DNA of 64,000 bases from an uncultured delta proteobacterium (GCA_963754925.1 CAVWHX010000004.1:1408001-1472000); one strand, 5' to 3'. Positions 27,633-39,479 are shown, numbered from the stretch's first letter. Notes: generated from the letters alone by a model not told the origin. Numbers and translations: made by a program.

Positions 27633-29455
27633 ATGAATGTGAGTCTCCAAAAGACGATCCAGGAGATCGCAACCAAGGTCGGTTCCGACCGTACCCGCAT
27701 GATGGATGTGGTGCGTGAGGTCCAAGCCCGTCACGGGTGTGTCTCGAACGAGGCGCTGGACCTTGTCGCGAACGCTCTCAAAACGCAGCGGGTCGAGGTT
27801 GAGGGCGTGGTGAGCTTCTACGCCTTTCTCTCGACCTTGCCCAAGGGCAAGACGGTCATTCGGATGACCAATTGCGTCACCTGCCGCATGCGCGGAGCCG
27901 ACCGGGTGGCCGAGGCATTCGAAAAAGAGTTGGGCCTCAAGTTTGGCCAGACCTCGGCCGACGGAAAAATAACCCTGGAGCACGCTCCCTGCATGGGATT
28001 GTGCGATCAAGGCCCGGCCGCGCTGGTCAACGAGGTTCCGGTGACCTACCTGTCCACCGATAAGGTCAGCGAAATCGTCCGGACCATTAAAACGGCCGAA
28101 GAATCGCATAAACTCGTCTATACGGTCGGCGAGGGCCAGAACGCATCCGATCTCGTTCACTCGATGGTGATCAACAACATCCGACGCAAGGGCGAAGTGA
28201 TTTTTGCGCCTATGACGGTCGGGGCTGCTATCCAAAAAGCGGTGGCGATGAGCCCGGTCGAGGTGATCCGTTCTGATTAAGACCGCCCGCTTGCGTGGCC
28301 GCGGCGGCGCCGGATTCCCGACCGGTATGAAGTGGGAGTTTGCCCGTAATGCTGAAGGCAAACGGAAGATGGTCATTTGCAACGCCGATGAGGGCGAGCC
28401 GGGTACCTTCAAGGATCGCGTGATTTTGACTGAAGCCGCGGACATGCTTTTTGAAGGCATGACCATTGCTGGCTATGCGATCGGCGCCGAGGAGGGCATA
28501 CTGTATCTCCGGGGCGAGTACGAATACCTGCGGAAATATCTCGAGCATGTGTTGGCCGAGCGCCGGAAGAAGAATCTGCTCGGTAACGGCATTGCCGGCA
28601 AAGCGGGCTTCACGTTTAACATTCGCCTGCAGATGGGCGCGGGCGCTTATGTGTGCGGCGAGGAATCGGCCCTCATTCGCTCGTGTGAAGGAGCCCGCGG
28701 AGCCCCGCGCGATCGGCCGCCGTTCCCGGTTGAGCGCGGCTATCTCAATCTACCGACCTCGGTCAACAACGTCGAAACCTTCTGCTGCGCGGCACGGGTG
28801 TTGGAAAAAGGGGCGCCGTGGTTTTCTCAAATCGGGACGAAGGACAGCACCGGCACCAAGCTGTTCAGCGTCAGCGGCGACTGCCAGGCGCCGGGCATCT
28901 ATGAGGTTCCCTTTGGCCTCACGGTGCAAGAATTCCTCAAACTGGTCGGCGGCGACAATGCCATCGCGGTCCAAGTTGGTGGTCCGTCGGGGAGCTGCAT
29001 CGGTCCGAATATGTTCGAGCGCAGATTAGCGTTTGAGGATCTGGCCACCGGCGGTTCGATGGTGGTTATTGGTTCTGGTCGTGACTTGTTGGCGATTGCC
29101 TCCGAGTTCATGGAATTCTTTATCGATGAGAGCTGCGGGTGGTGTGTAGCCGTGCCGGGTGGGCAATGGATTGATAAAAGAACGTCTCGATCGCATTCGG
29201 GCTGGCAAGGGCGTAGCCGAAGACCTAACCTATCTTGATGAGCTGTGCACCATGGTGAAAAAGATGAGTCGGTGTGGCTTGGGCCAGACCTCTCCCAACC
29301 CCGTGCAATCTACCTTGCAGAACTTCCGCAAACTCTATGAAGCGCGACTGCAAAAAGCGGCCGTGCCCGGCCAACGGGTCAACTTTGATCTCAAGGCGGC
29401 GCTGCAGGATGCGATTACGGTCCAGGGCCGACAGCCGGTCCAGCACCAGGATTAG
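27633..29455 (+). CDS. hoxF: NAD-reducing hydrogenase diaphorase large subunit (fused NuoE- and NuoF-like); apparent frameshifts near 28273 and 29150
   Basis: VVSFY, CxxC, CMGLCDQGPA; LRGRGGAGFPTG, NADEGEPGTFKDR, GAGAYVCGEES, ESCGWC, SRCGLG. Confidence 0.9.
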
Positions 29456-29468
29456 GAAAGGGCACACT

Positions 29469-30194
29469 ATGACAGAACTGGTAACCTTCACCATCGATGG
29501 CACAGAGATCAAGGCCCCGAAAGGCCAGACCATTCTCCAAGCCGCCGACGAGATGGGTATGTACATTCCCCGCTTGTGCTTCCTTAAAAACGTCAGTCCG
29601 GGCGGGCACTGCCGGGTGTGTACGGTATTGGTCAACGGCCGCCCGCAGTCGGCCTGCACCCATCCGGTAGGCGAGGGATTGGTGGTTGTGGCCGACACGC
29701 CCGAGCTCGCCAACTGGCGCAAGAGCTTGATAGAACTTCTCTTTGTCGAGGGCAATCATTATTGTATGTTTTGCGAAAAGAGCGGCAACTGTGAGCTCCA
29801 GGCTATGGGCTACCGCTTCGGCATGATGTCCCCGCGCTATCCGTATCAATTCCCCAAGCGCGACGTCGACGCCACCCATCCGGATGTGATGATTGATCAC
29901 AATCGCTGCATCCTGTGTGGCCGCTGCGTTCGTACCTCGCAAGAAAAGGACAACAAAGGCATTTTCCAGTTTATCAACCGCGGACACCGTACCAAGGTGG
30001 GAGTAAACTCGGCGGCCTTGTTGGGCGGCACTGGTCTGAAAGTCACCGACGAGGCGGTCAAGGCCTGCCCGGTGGGCGCCATCCTGCGAAAGCGGGTAGG
30101 ATTCGCCGTTCCCGTGGGTAAGCGACTCTATGACACGCAACCGATCGGATCGGATATCGAAACCAAAGGCCGCGCCGCGGCACAGGGCAAGTGA
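29469..30194 (+). CDS. hoxU: Diaphorase Fe-S subunit
   Basis: IPRLC, CRVC, HYCMFCEKSGNCELQ, RCILCGRCVR, CPVGA. Confidence 0.93.
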   Translation: MTELVTFTIDGTEIKAPKGQTILQAADEMGMYIPRLCFLKNVSPGGHCRVCTVLVNGRPQSACTHPVGEGLVVVADTPELANWRKSLIELLFVEGNHYCMFCEKSGNCELQAMGYRFGMMSPRYPYQFPKRDVDATHPDVMIDHNRCILCGRCVRTSQEKDNKGIFQFINRGHRTKVGVNSAALLGGTGLKVTDEAVKACPVGAILRKRVGFAVPVGKRLYDTQPIGSDIETKGRAAAQGK

Positions 30195-30207
30195 GGTTAG
30201 AACACCC

Positions 30208-30894
30208 ATGTCAAAAATAAATAAAACATCCGAGGAGAAAACGACTCAAACAGTCAAGCGCGCCTCCTGCGGTTTTAGAAATCGAGTGAAGGCTATGCCT
30301 GGTGTACGGGCATATTTTTCGGCCCAAGCGGCGCCAGCCAAGCCGCAGGCCGCCAAGCCGAAAATCGCTACGGCGTCGCTGGCTGGTTGCTTCGGCTGCC
30401 ATATGTCGCTGCTTGATATTGACGATCGAATTCTAAAAGTGATCGAGTTGGTCGACTTTGACAAGTCCCCGGTTGATGACATCAAGAAGTTCTCGAGCCA
30501 CTGCTTGGTTGGTTTGATCGAAGGCGGCTGCTGCAATGAAGAAAACGTTAAGGTGCTGCAGGACTTCCGTAAGAACTGCGATGTGTTAGTTGCCGTGGGC
30601 GATTGCGCCATCATGGGCGGGATTCCGGCGCTGCGCAACGGTATTCCTCTCAAAGAATGCATGCGCGAAGCATACTTGAACGGCCCAACGGTGTATAACG
30701 AAAGCGGTCGGATACCCAACGATCCCGAGTTGCCGTTGATTCTTGATCAGGTTTATCCGCTTCACGAGATAGTCAAGATCGATGTTTTCCTTCCGGGTTG
30801 CCCGCCTTCGGCTGATACTATTTGGGAGGCGTTGCTTGCGCTGTTGAACAATAAGCCGCTGCAGCTGCCCTACAATTTACTCAAATACGACTAA
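30208..30894 (+). CDS. hoxY: [NiFe]-hydrogenase small subunit (start uncertain)
   Basis: LAGCFGCHMS, EGG, AVGDCA, PGCPP; single-cluster small subunit. Confidence 0.92.
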   Translation: MSKINKTSEEKTTQTVKRASCGFRNRVKAMPGVRAYFSAQAAPAKPQAAKPKIATASLAGCFGCHMSLLDIDDRILKVIELVDFDKSPVDDIKKFSSHCLVGLIEGGCCNEENVKVLQDFRKNCDVLVAVGDCAIMGGIPALRNGIPLKECMREAYLNGPTVYNESGRIPNDPELPLILDQVYPLHEIVKIDVFLPGCPPSADTIWEALLALLNNKPLQLPYNLLKYD

Positions 30895-30918
30895 CGCATC
30901 CTTACGCAGGAGTATGAC

Positions 30919-32370
30919 GTGAGCACAATTAATACCGAACTGAAGAGAGTAGTAATCGAGCCGGTTACTCGAGTGGAGGGCCACGGTAAGGTGACGCTCC
31001 TCTTGGACGATGAGAACCATGTCCAGCAGGCGCGCTTCCATGTCGTTGAATTCCGTGGTTTTGAGCGTTTTGCGCAGGGCCGTCCCTACTGGGAAATGCC
31101 GGTGTTGGTGGAACGGCTGTGCGGTATCTGTCCGGTCAGCCATCATTTGGCTTCGGCCAAAGCGGTGGATATCATTGCGGGCGCGCCACAACTGACCCCG
31201 ACCGCCGAGAAAATGCGACGGCTCATGCATTACGGCCAATTCTACCAATCGCACGCTTTGCACTTTTTCCATCTGGTGTCGCCTGATTTGTTGCTGGGAT
31301 TTGATGCCGACCCAAAGATTCGCAATGTGATTGGCGTGGCGCTGAAATATCCGGAACTTGCGGTGCAGGGTGTGATGATGCGCAAATGGGGGCAGGAGAT
31401 TATCAAGGCGACGGCCGGCAAGAAGATCCACGGCACGGGCGCGATACCGGGCGGCATCAACAAGAACCTTTCCATCGAGGAGCGCGACTTCCTGCTCAAG
31501 GACATGGATCAGATGATGAAATGGGCGGTTTCTGCCCTGGAGCTTTGTAAGAAGTACACCAAAGAGCATCTCAAAGAGCTCGCGGATTTCGGCTCCTTCC
31601 CATCCAACCATCTCAGCTTAGTACGCAAGGATGGCGCGCTCGATATATACGATGGCAACCTGCGGGCGATTGACGCCAATGGTAATAAGATTTTCGATCA
31701 GGTGCCCCCCAAAGACTATCTCAACTTCATTCATGAAGAAGTCCGCAACTGGTCGTACATGAAGTTTCCCTTCATCCGTTCGGTTGGACCAAAAGATGGT
31801 TGGTATCGGGTTGGGCCGCTGGCGCGCATTAACACCTGCGACTTTATCGATACCCCGCTCGCCGAGAAAGAGCGTCAGGAGTTCAAGGCTCTCAGCAACG
31901 GCAAACCGAACAACATCACCATGGCGTATCACTGGGCGCGGTTGATAGAACTGCTTCATGCGGCCGAGAAGATACAGCAGCTGCTCAACGACCGAGATCT
32001 CCAAGGCACCGACTTGGTCGCAAAAGGCGAGCGCCAGTCCGAAGGCGTGGGAATCGTCGAGGCGCCGCGCGGGACCCTCTTCCATCACTATCGAGTCAAC
32101 GCCAACGACCAGATAGAGATGGCTAACTTAATTGTTTCGACTACCAACAACAACGAGCCGATGAACCGAGCGGTGCAGAAGGTCGCAGAACAATACCTGA
32201 GCGGCAAGAAATTGACCGAGGGATTGCTCAACCGGATCGAGATTGCCATTCGAGCCTATGACCCTTGTCTCTCATGCGCTACCCATGCGCTTGGGCAAAT
32301 GCCGCTCGAGGTGAAGTTATTAGATCACCAGGGTCGGTTGGTCGATCGGAAGGTTCGGGACAGCCATTGA
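30919..32370 (+). CDS. hoxH: [NiFe]-hydrogenase large subunit, group 3d-type
   Basis: TRVEGHGK, RLCGICPVSH (L1), EAPRGTLFHHY, YDPCLSCATH (L2) followed by a cleavable tail. Confidence 0.96.
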   Translation: MSTINTELKRVVIEPVTRVEGHGKVTLLLDDENHVQQARFHVVEFRGFERFAQGRPYWEMPVLVERLCGICPVSHHLASAKAVDIIAGAPQLTPTAEKMRRLMHYGQFYQSHALHFFHLVSPDLLLGFDADPKIRNVIGVALKYPELAVQGVMMRKWGQEIIKATAGKKIHGTGAIPGGINKNLSIEERDFLLKDMDQMMKWAVSALELCKKYTKEHLKELADFGSFPSNHLSLVRKDGALDIYDGNLRAIDANGNKIFDQVPPKDYLNFIHEEVRNWSYMKFPFIRSVGPKDGWYRVGPLARINTCDFIDTPLAEKERQEFKALSNGKPNNITMAYHWARLIELLHAAEKIQQLLNDRDLQGTDLVAKGERQSEGVGIVEAPRGTLFHHYRVNANDQIEMANLIVSTTNNNEPMNRAVQKVAEQYLSGKKLTEGLLNRIEIAIRAYDPCLSCATHALGQMPLEVKLLDHQGRLVDRKVRDSH

Positions 32371-32378
32371 GGTGGTCG

Positions 32379-32903
32379 ATGATGGCCGAAGCGTGCGACA
32401 CGCGAGTACTGGTGTTATGTTATGGCAACCCCGGCCGGGGTGATGATGGCCTCGGACCATTGGTTGCGGAAGCCATCGAACGTCTCGATATTCCCGGCGT
32501 AAGCGTTGATTGCGACTACCAATTGACCGTGGAAGATTCGGTGGCGGCTTCCGAGCATGACGTGGTGATCTTTGTCGACGCCGACGCTTCAGGAGCCGAA
32601 CCATTTTCGTTTTACCCGATCGCCCCGCGTCCGATGCAGAGCTTCTCCAGCCACAGCTTGGTGCCAGAGGATGTACTGGGGCTGGTTGAACAGATATTCA
32701 GCCGGCGACCGGAAGGATATGTGTTGGGGATCCGCGGGTACCAATTTGCGCCGTTTACCGAAAACGTTACCAATCAAGCTGCGCATAACTTGCGGTTAGG
32801 GCTTCGCTTTCTTGAAACGACCCTAAGAACCCGCAACTTTCGATTGATAGAGACTAATGTGCCAGGCGAGAATTTCCGAGACCAACGCCAAAGCTTATCT
32901 TGA
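32379..32903 (+). CDS. hoxW: Hydrogenase maturation protease
   Basis: YGNPGRGDDGLG, QLTVE, IFVDA, FSSH. Confidence 0.9.
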   Translation: MMAEACDTRVLVLCYGNPGRGDDGLGPLVAEAIERLDIPGVSVDCDYQLTVEDSVAASEHDVVIFVDADASGAEPFSFYPIAPRPMQSFSSHSLVPEDVLGLVEQIFSRRPEGYVLGIRGYQFAPFTENVTNQAAHNLRLGLRFLETTLRTRNFRLIETNVPGENFRDQRQSLS

Positions 32904-32913
32904 GAGGGTTGAA

Positions 32914-33291
32914 ATGAAAAACCAGCAATTTGTTATTCTCTGTGTTGATGACGACGATGACATCCTCGACCAAATGAAAACCGTACTCGAGGCCAATGGC
33001 TACATCATGGTTGGAGCCGGCAGCGCCGAGGCGGGTCTGAAGAAGTACAAGGAGAGCAATCCCGATCTGGTGATCATCGACCTCATGATGGAAGAGGTCG
33101 ATGCGGGCACCTCCTTGGTTACCGAGCTCAAGGCGCTCGGCAACAAGGCGCCGATATTCATGCTCAGCGCCGTGGGAGATCAACTTACCCGCAATATCTC
33201 TCCGACCGATCTCGGATTGTCCGGCGTGTTTCAAAAACCGATCGAGTTCAAATCTCTCCTGGCTACGTTGAAGACCAAACTGAAGGCGTAA
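32914..33291 (+). CDS. Single-domain response regulator
   Basis: VDDD, PDLVIIDLMM, MLSA, QKP. Confidence 0.9.
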   Translation: MKNQQFVILCVDDDDDILDQMKTVLEANGYIMVGAGSAEAGLKKYKESNPDLVIIDLMMEEVDAGTSLVTELKALGNKAPIFMLSAVGDQLTRNISPTDLGLSGVFQKPIEFKSLLATLKTKLKA

Positions 33292-33359
33292 CGCTATACC
33301 GAGCGCGATACCTTCGCATGCCGGTGTCGTTTCCTCGCTTCACCCCACCTAACCTCCGT

Positions 33360-34344
33360 TTATTTGTTGGCTTCGCAATTGCCAAAAATTTCGCAGCCTC
33401 CGCCGCCGCTGCCGGCGGTGTGCCATTGGATGGTGACGTGCTGGATTCCAAAATCTGTTTGTAGTTTGTTACGGAGTTCGGTAGCGCTGGCCTCGAGTTC
33501 GGCAACAGTTTGGCAGGTGGTTGCCAGATCAGCGGTCAGAATGGTGAGGCCGGCGTCAATTTCCCAAACATGCAGGTCCAACGTGGATTGAACGATTGGC
33601 GAGGCACAGAGCGCTTGACGTAGGCGCGTCAAATCGATATGCGCCGGGGCGCTTTGCAAGAGGACCTTGGCCGAGTCGCGAAGCAGAGGCCAGGTTCCCA
33701 GCATGATAAGAACGGCGATCAGAAGCGATACGACCGCATCAATGGGCAGCCAACCGGTGGTAATGAGCACCACGGCAGCGACAATCGCCCCGAGCGATGC
33801 CGAGTGCATCGGCCAGCAGGTGCAGCGCCACACCGCGCGCGTTAATGCTATGGTTGCTGGCAGCGTGCAGTCGCCAGGCCGAAAGGACGTTTACAAACAG
33901 TCCGGCGAACCCGGTGATAAGAACCAATATGCCTTGCACTTCTGGCGGGTTGCGTAACCGGCTGACGGCTTCCCAGACAATCACCACGACGATCAAGAGC
34001 AAACCGATGGCATTACTAAAGGCGCCGAGCACCGGGAGGCGCTTGAGCCCAAAGGTATACGAGCCGCCGGGCTGGCCGCGGGCAAGTCGCTCGCTAAAAA
34101 GCCCGATGGCGAGCGCGGCGACATCAAAAAACATATGCCCGGCATCGGAGAGCAAGGCAAGCGAATCGGCCAGCAGCCCGATTACTACCTCCACTGCTAG
34201 GAAGGCAAGGTTGAGCCAGAGTGCGAACCACAATGCCCGCTCGAGCTTTTCTGAAGCCGGGTGCGCGGGCAACCCCCGTGTGTGAGCGTGCTCGTCGATG
34301 GGTTCTTTTTCGTGAGCGTGATTGTTTACATTCGTACTCATCAT
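33360..34344 (-). CDS. Cation diffusion facilitator (CzcD-like); apparent frameshift near 33800
   Basis: His-rich N-terminus, SLALLSDAGHMFFD, YTFG, LHLLAD, DLHVWE, FGIQHVTIQ. Confidence 0.88.
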
Positions 34345-34418
34345 CAGTCTATCATACCTTGTTCATGAGCGGCCGTATATAGTATAGTGTCAAAAAGTGG
34401 TTGGGAGGAGGTGCGTTC

Positions 34419-34976
34419 GTGAGTATTTTCGAAATATTTTTACTATCGCTGGCGTTGGCTGCCGATGCGCTGTCGGTCGGAGCGGCGGTTGGATTAAGGT
34501 ATTGTGCCCCGCGCCAGATCTTTCGCTTGTCGTTTCATTTTGGCCTGTTTCAGAGTCTGATGCCGTTAGTGGGTGCTTTGCTCGGGCGTCTGGTACTCGG
34601 GTACATACGACCGTACGACCATTGGATAGCCTTTGGGTTGCTCAGCGCGATTGGTGTTAAAATGCTGATCTCGGCCTTGCGTGGTGCATCGGCGAAGGCC
34701 GCATGCCAAGAGGCTGATCCCACCACGGGGTGGACGCTTATAGGGCTTTCGATCGCGGTCAGCATTGACGCTTTCGCCGCCGGCGTGGGTATGGCGTTGA
34801 CCATGAGCGTCACATCCTTACTCGTCGCCATGACGGTCATCGGGATCGTCTGCGGGTTTGCCACCTGGTTCGGCATGCGTGCCGGAAAAGTCCTCCATTC
34901 CTGGGTCGGCGGCCGCATCGAGGCATTCGGTGGATTGGTGCTCATTGCAATCGGCATTAACATGATACGTGCGTGA
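34419..34976 (+). CDS. mntP: Manganese efflux pump MntP family
   Basis: ALAADAL, FGLFQSLMP, DHWIAF, AVSIDA, GGLVLIAIG; GGAGG RBS; TTGTTC-N17-TATAGT upstream. Confidence 0.9.
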   Translation: MSIFEIFLLSLALAADALSVGAAVGLRYCAPRQIFRLSFHFGLFQSLMPLVGALLGRLVLGYIRPYDHWIAFGLLSAIGVKMLISALRGASAKAACQEADPTTGWTLIGLSIAVSIDAFAAGVGMALTMSVTSLLVAMTVIGIVCGFATWFGMRAGKVLHSWVGGRIEAFGGLVLIAIGINMIRA

Positions 34977-35095
34977 TCGCCACAATGTTTGACACAAACT
35001 AGTTCCTTCGATATTTTTATGTTGATACGTTCCTCACCCTTAGCGACCACGCCGTATTCTGGGTGACAGGGTGGTCTCCGTTGTCGAGGACTGTC

Positions 35096-37088
35096 ATGGC
35101 CGAACCCACCGAAATCCAACAGTTGCAAAATCGTATCGCTGAACTCGAGCGGCACCTCGTCGAAGAACGTGAGGAATTCCAGTGGGACCTCAAGACTCGG
35201 TGTGAAGCATACGAGAGAAATATTCGCAGGCTGGAGGATGAAAACACCCAGCTCAAACAGGTCGCGACGGCAAGCCCGGCGGAATCGGCCGAGCTGCACC
35301 GCCTGCGCGATGATGTCGGGCAATACACCCATCGGGCGCTGAAAGCCGAGCGGCGAGTGGCAGAACTTCAAGAAGAGATCAAACGTCTCTCGATTCCCGT
35401 TGCGCCCCCGTTGCCCCGTCAGGATCCGGTCCTGCGCGCTCGGGCCGAGGAGGCCGAGCATGAGCGCGATCGGGCGCGTCAGGCGCTGGTCAAGTATGAG
35501 AACGAACTTAAGCAGCTCCGTGAAGAACTCACGCGGCAGGCACAGCAAGGAAGGGAGACAGCGCGTATCCAAGAAGAATTGGAGCAACAGAAAAAGCTAA
35601 TCTCACAACTGCGCCGTGAGGGAAATGAGAAGGATCAAAAGCTGCTGGAACTGAGCGATCGGCTGGAAGCGTCGGCAACCCTCGAGTCGCAGTACAATGC
35701 CCTGCGCCGCGAGGTTGAGCAAGCGCGCGCCCGCAACCTGCAATTGGAACAGATTTTGGTGGAACGAGAGGAGTCAGAACCACTGGAGAGCGGGAGCGAA
35801 TACCAAGGTGTTTTGGAAGTCACTCAACCGGTGGTATTTTCTAAAACAGCAGGACCTACCGACGAGACGGTCGTTGCGGGTGTGGCAGAAGCTACCAGCG
35901 GAGATGAACTCCTGCCGGTGATTTCTCCTGACGAGCTGTATCCCGATGAGGCCAGTTCGCTGCCCCCGGCAACCCAACCGGATCAAGCCCCGGCAGAATC
36001 TCTCGCGCCGGCGGCGGAGCCAGCGGCTGAGGAGATAGCGATTGTCCGATCCGAGCCACCGGTGGTAATTCCTGAAGCCGCCGCGCCGAAACCAGACTCC
36101 CCGGGGTTGGATGGAATAGCGGAGGCCTGGTTGGTCAGCGATGAACCACGTCCGAGCATGAAGTCGAACGATCAGCCGAAGTCGGATGCGAGTGGTCAGG
36201 TCGGGGAACGGCCTCCCCCACCTCTCCCGTCACAACCGGTTGCACGACAGGCGCTGAAGAAACCTGAGCCCCTTGAGCTGCCGCGACGTCGTACCAAAGT
36301 CGGGATTTTTGTTATTCTTGCCGTCGTGGGAGTTCTACTCGGCGCGGGCATATTCGGTATGGCCTATTTCTACCCGAATTGGTTTGAGCTCGATGATTGG
36401 ATCGCGAACGTGAGCTCATGGATTTCAGTCTTGAAGTCGAAATCCATCGAAAGCACGCCGGGTAGTGAAACTGATGCTTCGCATGCCAAAAATGGGGTGA
36501 CTGATGGAGATGGTGCGTCGGTGAATAATGCAGAGGTTCCCCGTGAGAAGCCCGCCACGAGTGCACCGGCAGCAACCCCGGTACCCGATAGCGAAAACAC
36601 CGCAACCGGCGCGGAACCGGTGAAACCACCCGCCGGTGAAGCTATGCCGGGTAAAACGGCCACACCGGAAACCGATGGTGGTGGCTCGGGGGCTACCGAT
36701 TCTCCATCCGTGCAAAAAAAGCCGTCTGCAGAGCAAGTTGAGGCTCGCGAGGGGGGGTTTATCTTGGTTAATAATAAAGCCTGGACTAAGGCCGAGAAAC
36801 AAATCGGCCAGGCCCTTCAAACGTTTCCCTGATGATTCTATTTTGCACTATCTCTATGGGCGCGTTCTGGCCAACAAGAGAGAGATGTCGAAAGCTATTG
36901 ACGAATTAGAACAAGCGGTTGTGCTCGACTCCACGATGGCCGACGCTTACTGGGAGTTGGGGAAAATATACCTTAACGTGCGGAAGAAGGACAAAGCAAA
37001 GGCGGCATTAGAGTCCTTTTTGCATTTAGCCCCAAACGATACGCAACGCACTCCCCAGGCTCAAGCACTCCTTAAAAAGCTTCAATAA
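35096..37088 (+). CDS. Coiled-coil / Pro-rich / single-TM / C-terminal TPR protein; apparent frameshift near 36820
   Basis: Heptad-rich N-terminus; TM segment GIFVILAVVGVLLGAGIFG; TPR helices (HYLYGRVL, AYWELGKIY) in the next frame. Confidence 0.75.
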
Positions 37089-37253
37089 ACACCAAACCGC
37101 AGGGCGGTTTGCCGCTGTGCGAGAAATTGACGCCCGATCCTTGGGCATGATATTAATATGCAGTGAAATCCTATCATATCGCAATTACCAATAGGTACGT
37201 GGATAGGGCGGGTTTTGCTGAGAAATAAAATTACAGCAAGAATCGGGGAAGCG

Positions 37254-39476
37254 ATGCATTATCGGAAGATAAGCATCTCAATTGCCGTTTTTCTGACCAT
37301 CTTCATCACTGCACTACCGATTGGTCGCAACGCTCGCGGAGAAGAATCTTCTTCCGCAAACCAGGCACCATCGTCGGTCGAAACAGGGGCACCAGCATCG
37401 AATGTGCCTACAGCGCGATCGGCATCGGATGAAGGTGCCTTGAACGACGAGTTTAAGTTGCTTGAAATCGACTCTCTATTGTCTTTTCCGCAAGTGGAAT
37501 CGGTATCTCGCCGTACACAATCCATAGAGGATTCGCCAGAGTCGATAACGGTACTTACGCAGGAGGAAATTCAACGGTCGGGCGCCCTTAACGTTGCTGA
37601 GCTGCTGCGGCGAGTCCCTGGCGTGTTCGTGCTGCAAACGTTAGCAAATGAGTATTCCGTGGGATTGCGGGGTATTAACCCGCTCGCCAATACCCGCGTT
37701 CTGTTCCTGGTTGATGGACGCCAGGTGGCTACTCAGCAGACGGGGAATGTTCCCTACACCGAGCTTCCCTATCTCGAGGAGATTGAACGCATCGAGGTGG
37801 TCCGCGGGCCGGCCTCGGTGGGATACGGTGCCAACGCGATGAGCGGCGTGGTCAATATAATTCTCAAGAAGCCGCTGGACCATCCGGGGTACGAGATCGA
37901 CGCCCGGGGACAGCTTGCAGTCGTTCACCAAAAGAGTGATACGCCCGCCGATAAAACCTTTATCAAGGATCTCTGGATGCAATCGGGTGGTGATGCGTTC
38001 ATGGCCTATAACTTTGCCAATGACAGCAAAACGTTTGGCTTTCGGTTGGGCGCGCAAACAGGGCTAAACCCGGATTGGCCTGCGCCTTCTGGAGCGCCTT
38101 CCTCCTCGGGCAGCTACCACTACAATTTGTCCGGGGCCTTCGACTACCGCCCAGCTTCGGACTGGTCGATTTATGGCCGTCTCGGGTTTTCCAGCTACCG
38201 TCAGGTCGTCACCGTTACTTTGTCCGCCTGGGCATACGCTGGAAGAGAGGACCATTCTTGGGGCGCCGTAACCATTGAGAAACAGCACTTCCTCGCCAAT
38301 CCGCTGACGCTGAAGGTAAACATCGATGGCGGGTACGAGGAAAACTTTATCGCAATACCCTTCTTCTTGAGTGGCTATAACTTCGGCGAAAAGATCAATC
38401 AAACGATGAAATCCATCGATACGCACATCCTCGCCCTTGTGGATCTCACGCTCTTTGAGGGACGCAATGTCTCTTCCGTCGGCGGGGAGGCGACTTATTT
38501 GCGGAGCATGGAACTCCCCGTGGAAGCGCAAACAATATTGGCCGGCCTTCTGGTCAACAACCAAACCAAGCTGCTTGCCGACTCATCCTTGATTATCGAC
38601 CTGGGTGCGCGATTCGACTACATCTACCTGTCGAAACTGAATACCGCTACCGAGGTCAAGTACCGGCGCATCAGCCCGCGGGCGGCGTTGATCTGGAAAT
38701 TCGCGGAGAATCAAAGCGTGAGGTTCGTGGGAGCCTCATCCTATCGAACTCCTACCATGTTCGATCTATTTGCGGAAGTCAAAGGTCAAGTAATCCCCCT
38801 CCCCGGTCCCCCTCAGATGGTGGCGATGGGAAATCCGGTTCTGGTACCCGAAGGCCTCATATCACTCGAGCTCGGGTACCGGGGAAAACTGTTCAACATG
38901 GTTATGGTGGACGCCGTTGTCTTCACCCAGAGAATCGAGGATATCATTAAACAAGAAGACAATTTGAGCTTACCCATTTACTCGGTCAATGCCAATTCAT
39001 ACAATCAGATAGGCACGGAACTGGGGCTTAACTTTATTATCTCCAATAAACTCACTCTGTACCTTAATTATACGTTCTTGTATGAATACAATCTCGACAC
39101 GAAGGCAGTTGACAAAGAATGGCCGATGCACCTCTACGGGCTTGGGGGAGAATGGCGGTTGCCGGGTCGCAACCGGCTCTGCGCTGATTTATACCTGGTA
39201 TTCGACTACCGACCCACCTCCTGGGTTGCGGCACCACAAGAGGGCGTCAATAATAACACCATCATGACCTTGCAAAACAAACAAGCGGCCGACCAGGCAC
39301 TTCTCAACCTGCGTTTTGGGCACTTCTTCTACGAAGATCGCGCCGAGATCTACCTGGTGATCCACAACTTGGCCGGTTTCTTCCGCGGGGAGTCCGGTCT
39401 GCGGATGGTCCCGTGGGATTCGTTTCCCCCCTTGGGCGGTTCGTTTTTAATCGGCATTTCGGTCAAAGGAGGTTGA
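37254..39476 (+). CDS. TonB-dependent receptor
   Basis: SITVLTQEEI, LLRRVPG, VLFLVDGR, IERIEVVRGPASVGYGANAMSGVVNII, GNPVLVPE. Confidence 0.92.
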   Translation: MHYRKISISIAVFLTIFITALPIGRNARGEESSSANQAPSSVETGAPASNVPTARSASDEGALNDEFKLLEIDSLLSFPQVESVSRRTQSIEDSPESITVLTQEEIQRSGALNVAELLRRVPGVFVLQTLANEYSVGLRGINPLANTRVLFLVDGRQVATQQTGNVPYTELPYLEEIERIEVVRGPASVGYGANAMSGVVNIILKKPLDHPGYEIDARGQLAVVHQKSDTPADKTFIKDLWMQSGGDAFMAYNFANDSKTFGFRLGAQTGLNPDWPAPSGAPSSSGSYHYNLSGAFDYRPASDWSIYGRLGFSSYRQVVTVTLSAWAYAGREDHSWGAVTIEKQHFLANPLTLKVNIDGGYEENFIAIPFFLSGYNFGEKINQTMKSIDTHILALVDLTLFEGRNVSSVGGEATYLRSMELPVEAQTILAGLLVNNQTKLLADSSLIIDLGARFDYIYLSKLNTATEVKYRRISPRAALIWKFAENQSVRFVGASSYRTPTMFDLFAEVKGQVIPLPGPPQMVAMGNPVLVPEGLISLELGYRGKLFNMVMVDAVVFTQRIEDIIKQEDNLSLPIYSVNANSYNQIGTELGLNFIISNKLTLYLNYTFLYEYNLDTKAVDKEWPMHLYGLGGEWRLPGRNRLCADLYLVFDYRPTSWVAAPQEGVNNNTIMTLQNKQAADQALLNLRFGHFFYEDRAEIYLVIHNLAGFFRGESGLRMVPWDSFPPLGGSFLIGISVKGG

Positions 39477-39479
39477 GCC

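Noticed and set aside
27633..28280. Separate hoxE gene
   Set aside because: The ORF runs past the NuoE-like domain into the NuoF N-terminal region and joins IKTARLRGRGG by a one-base shift, so it is better read as a fused HoxF.
30919..32370. [NiFeSe] hydrogenase
   Set aside because: The C-terminal motif is DPCLSC with ordinary Cys codons and no TGA.
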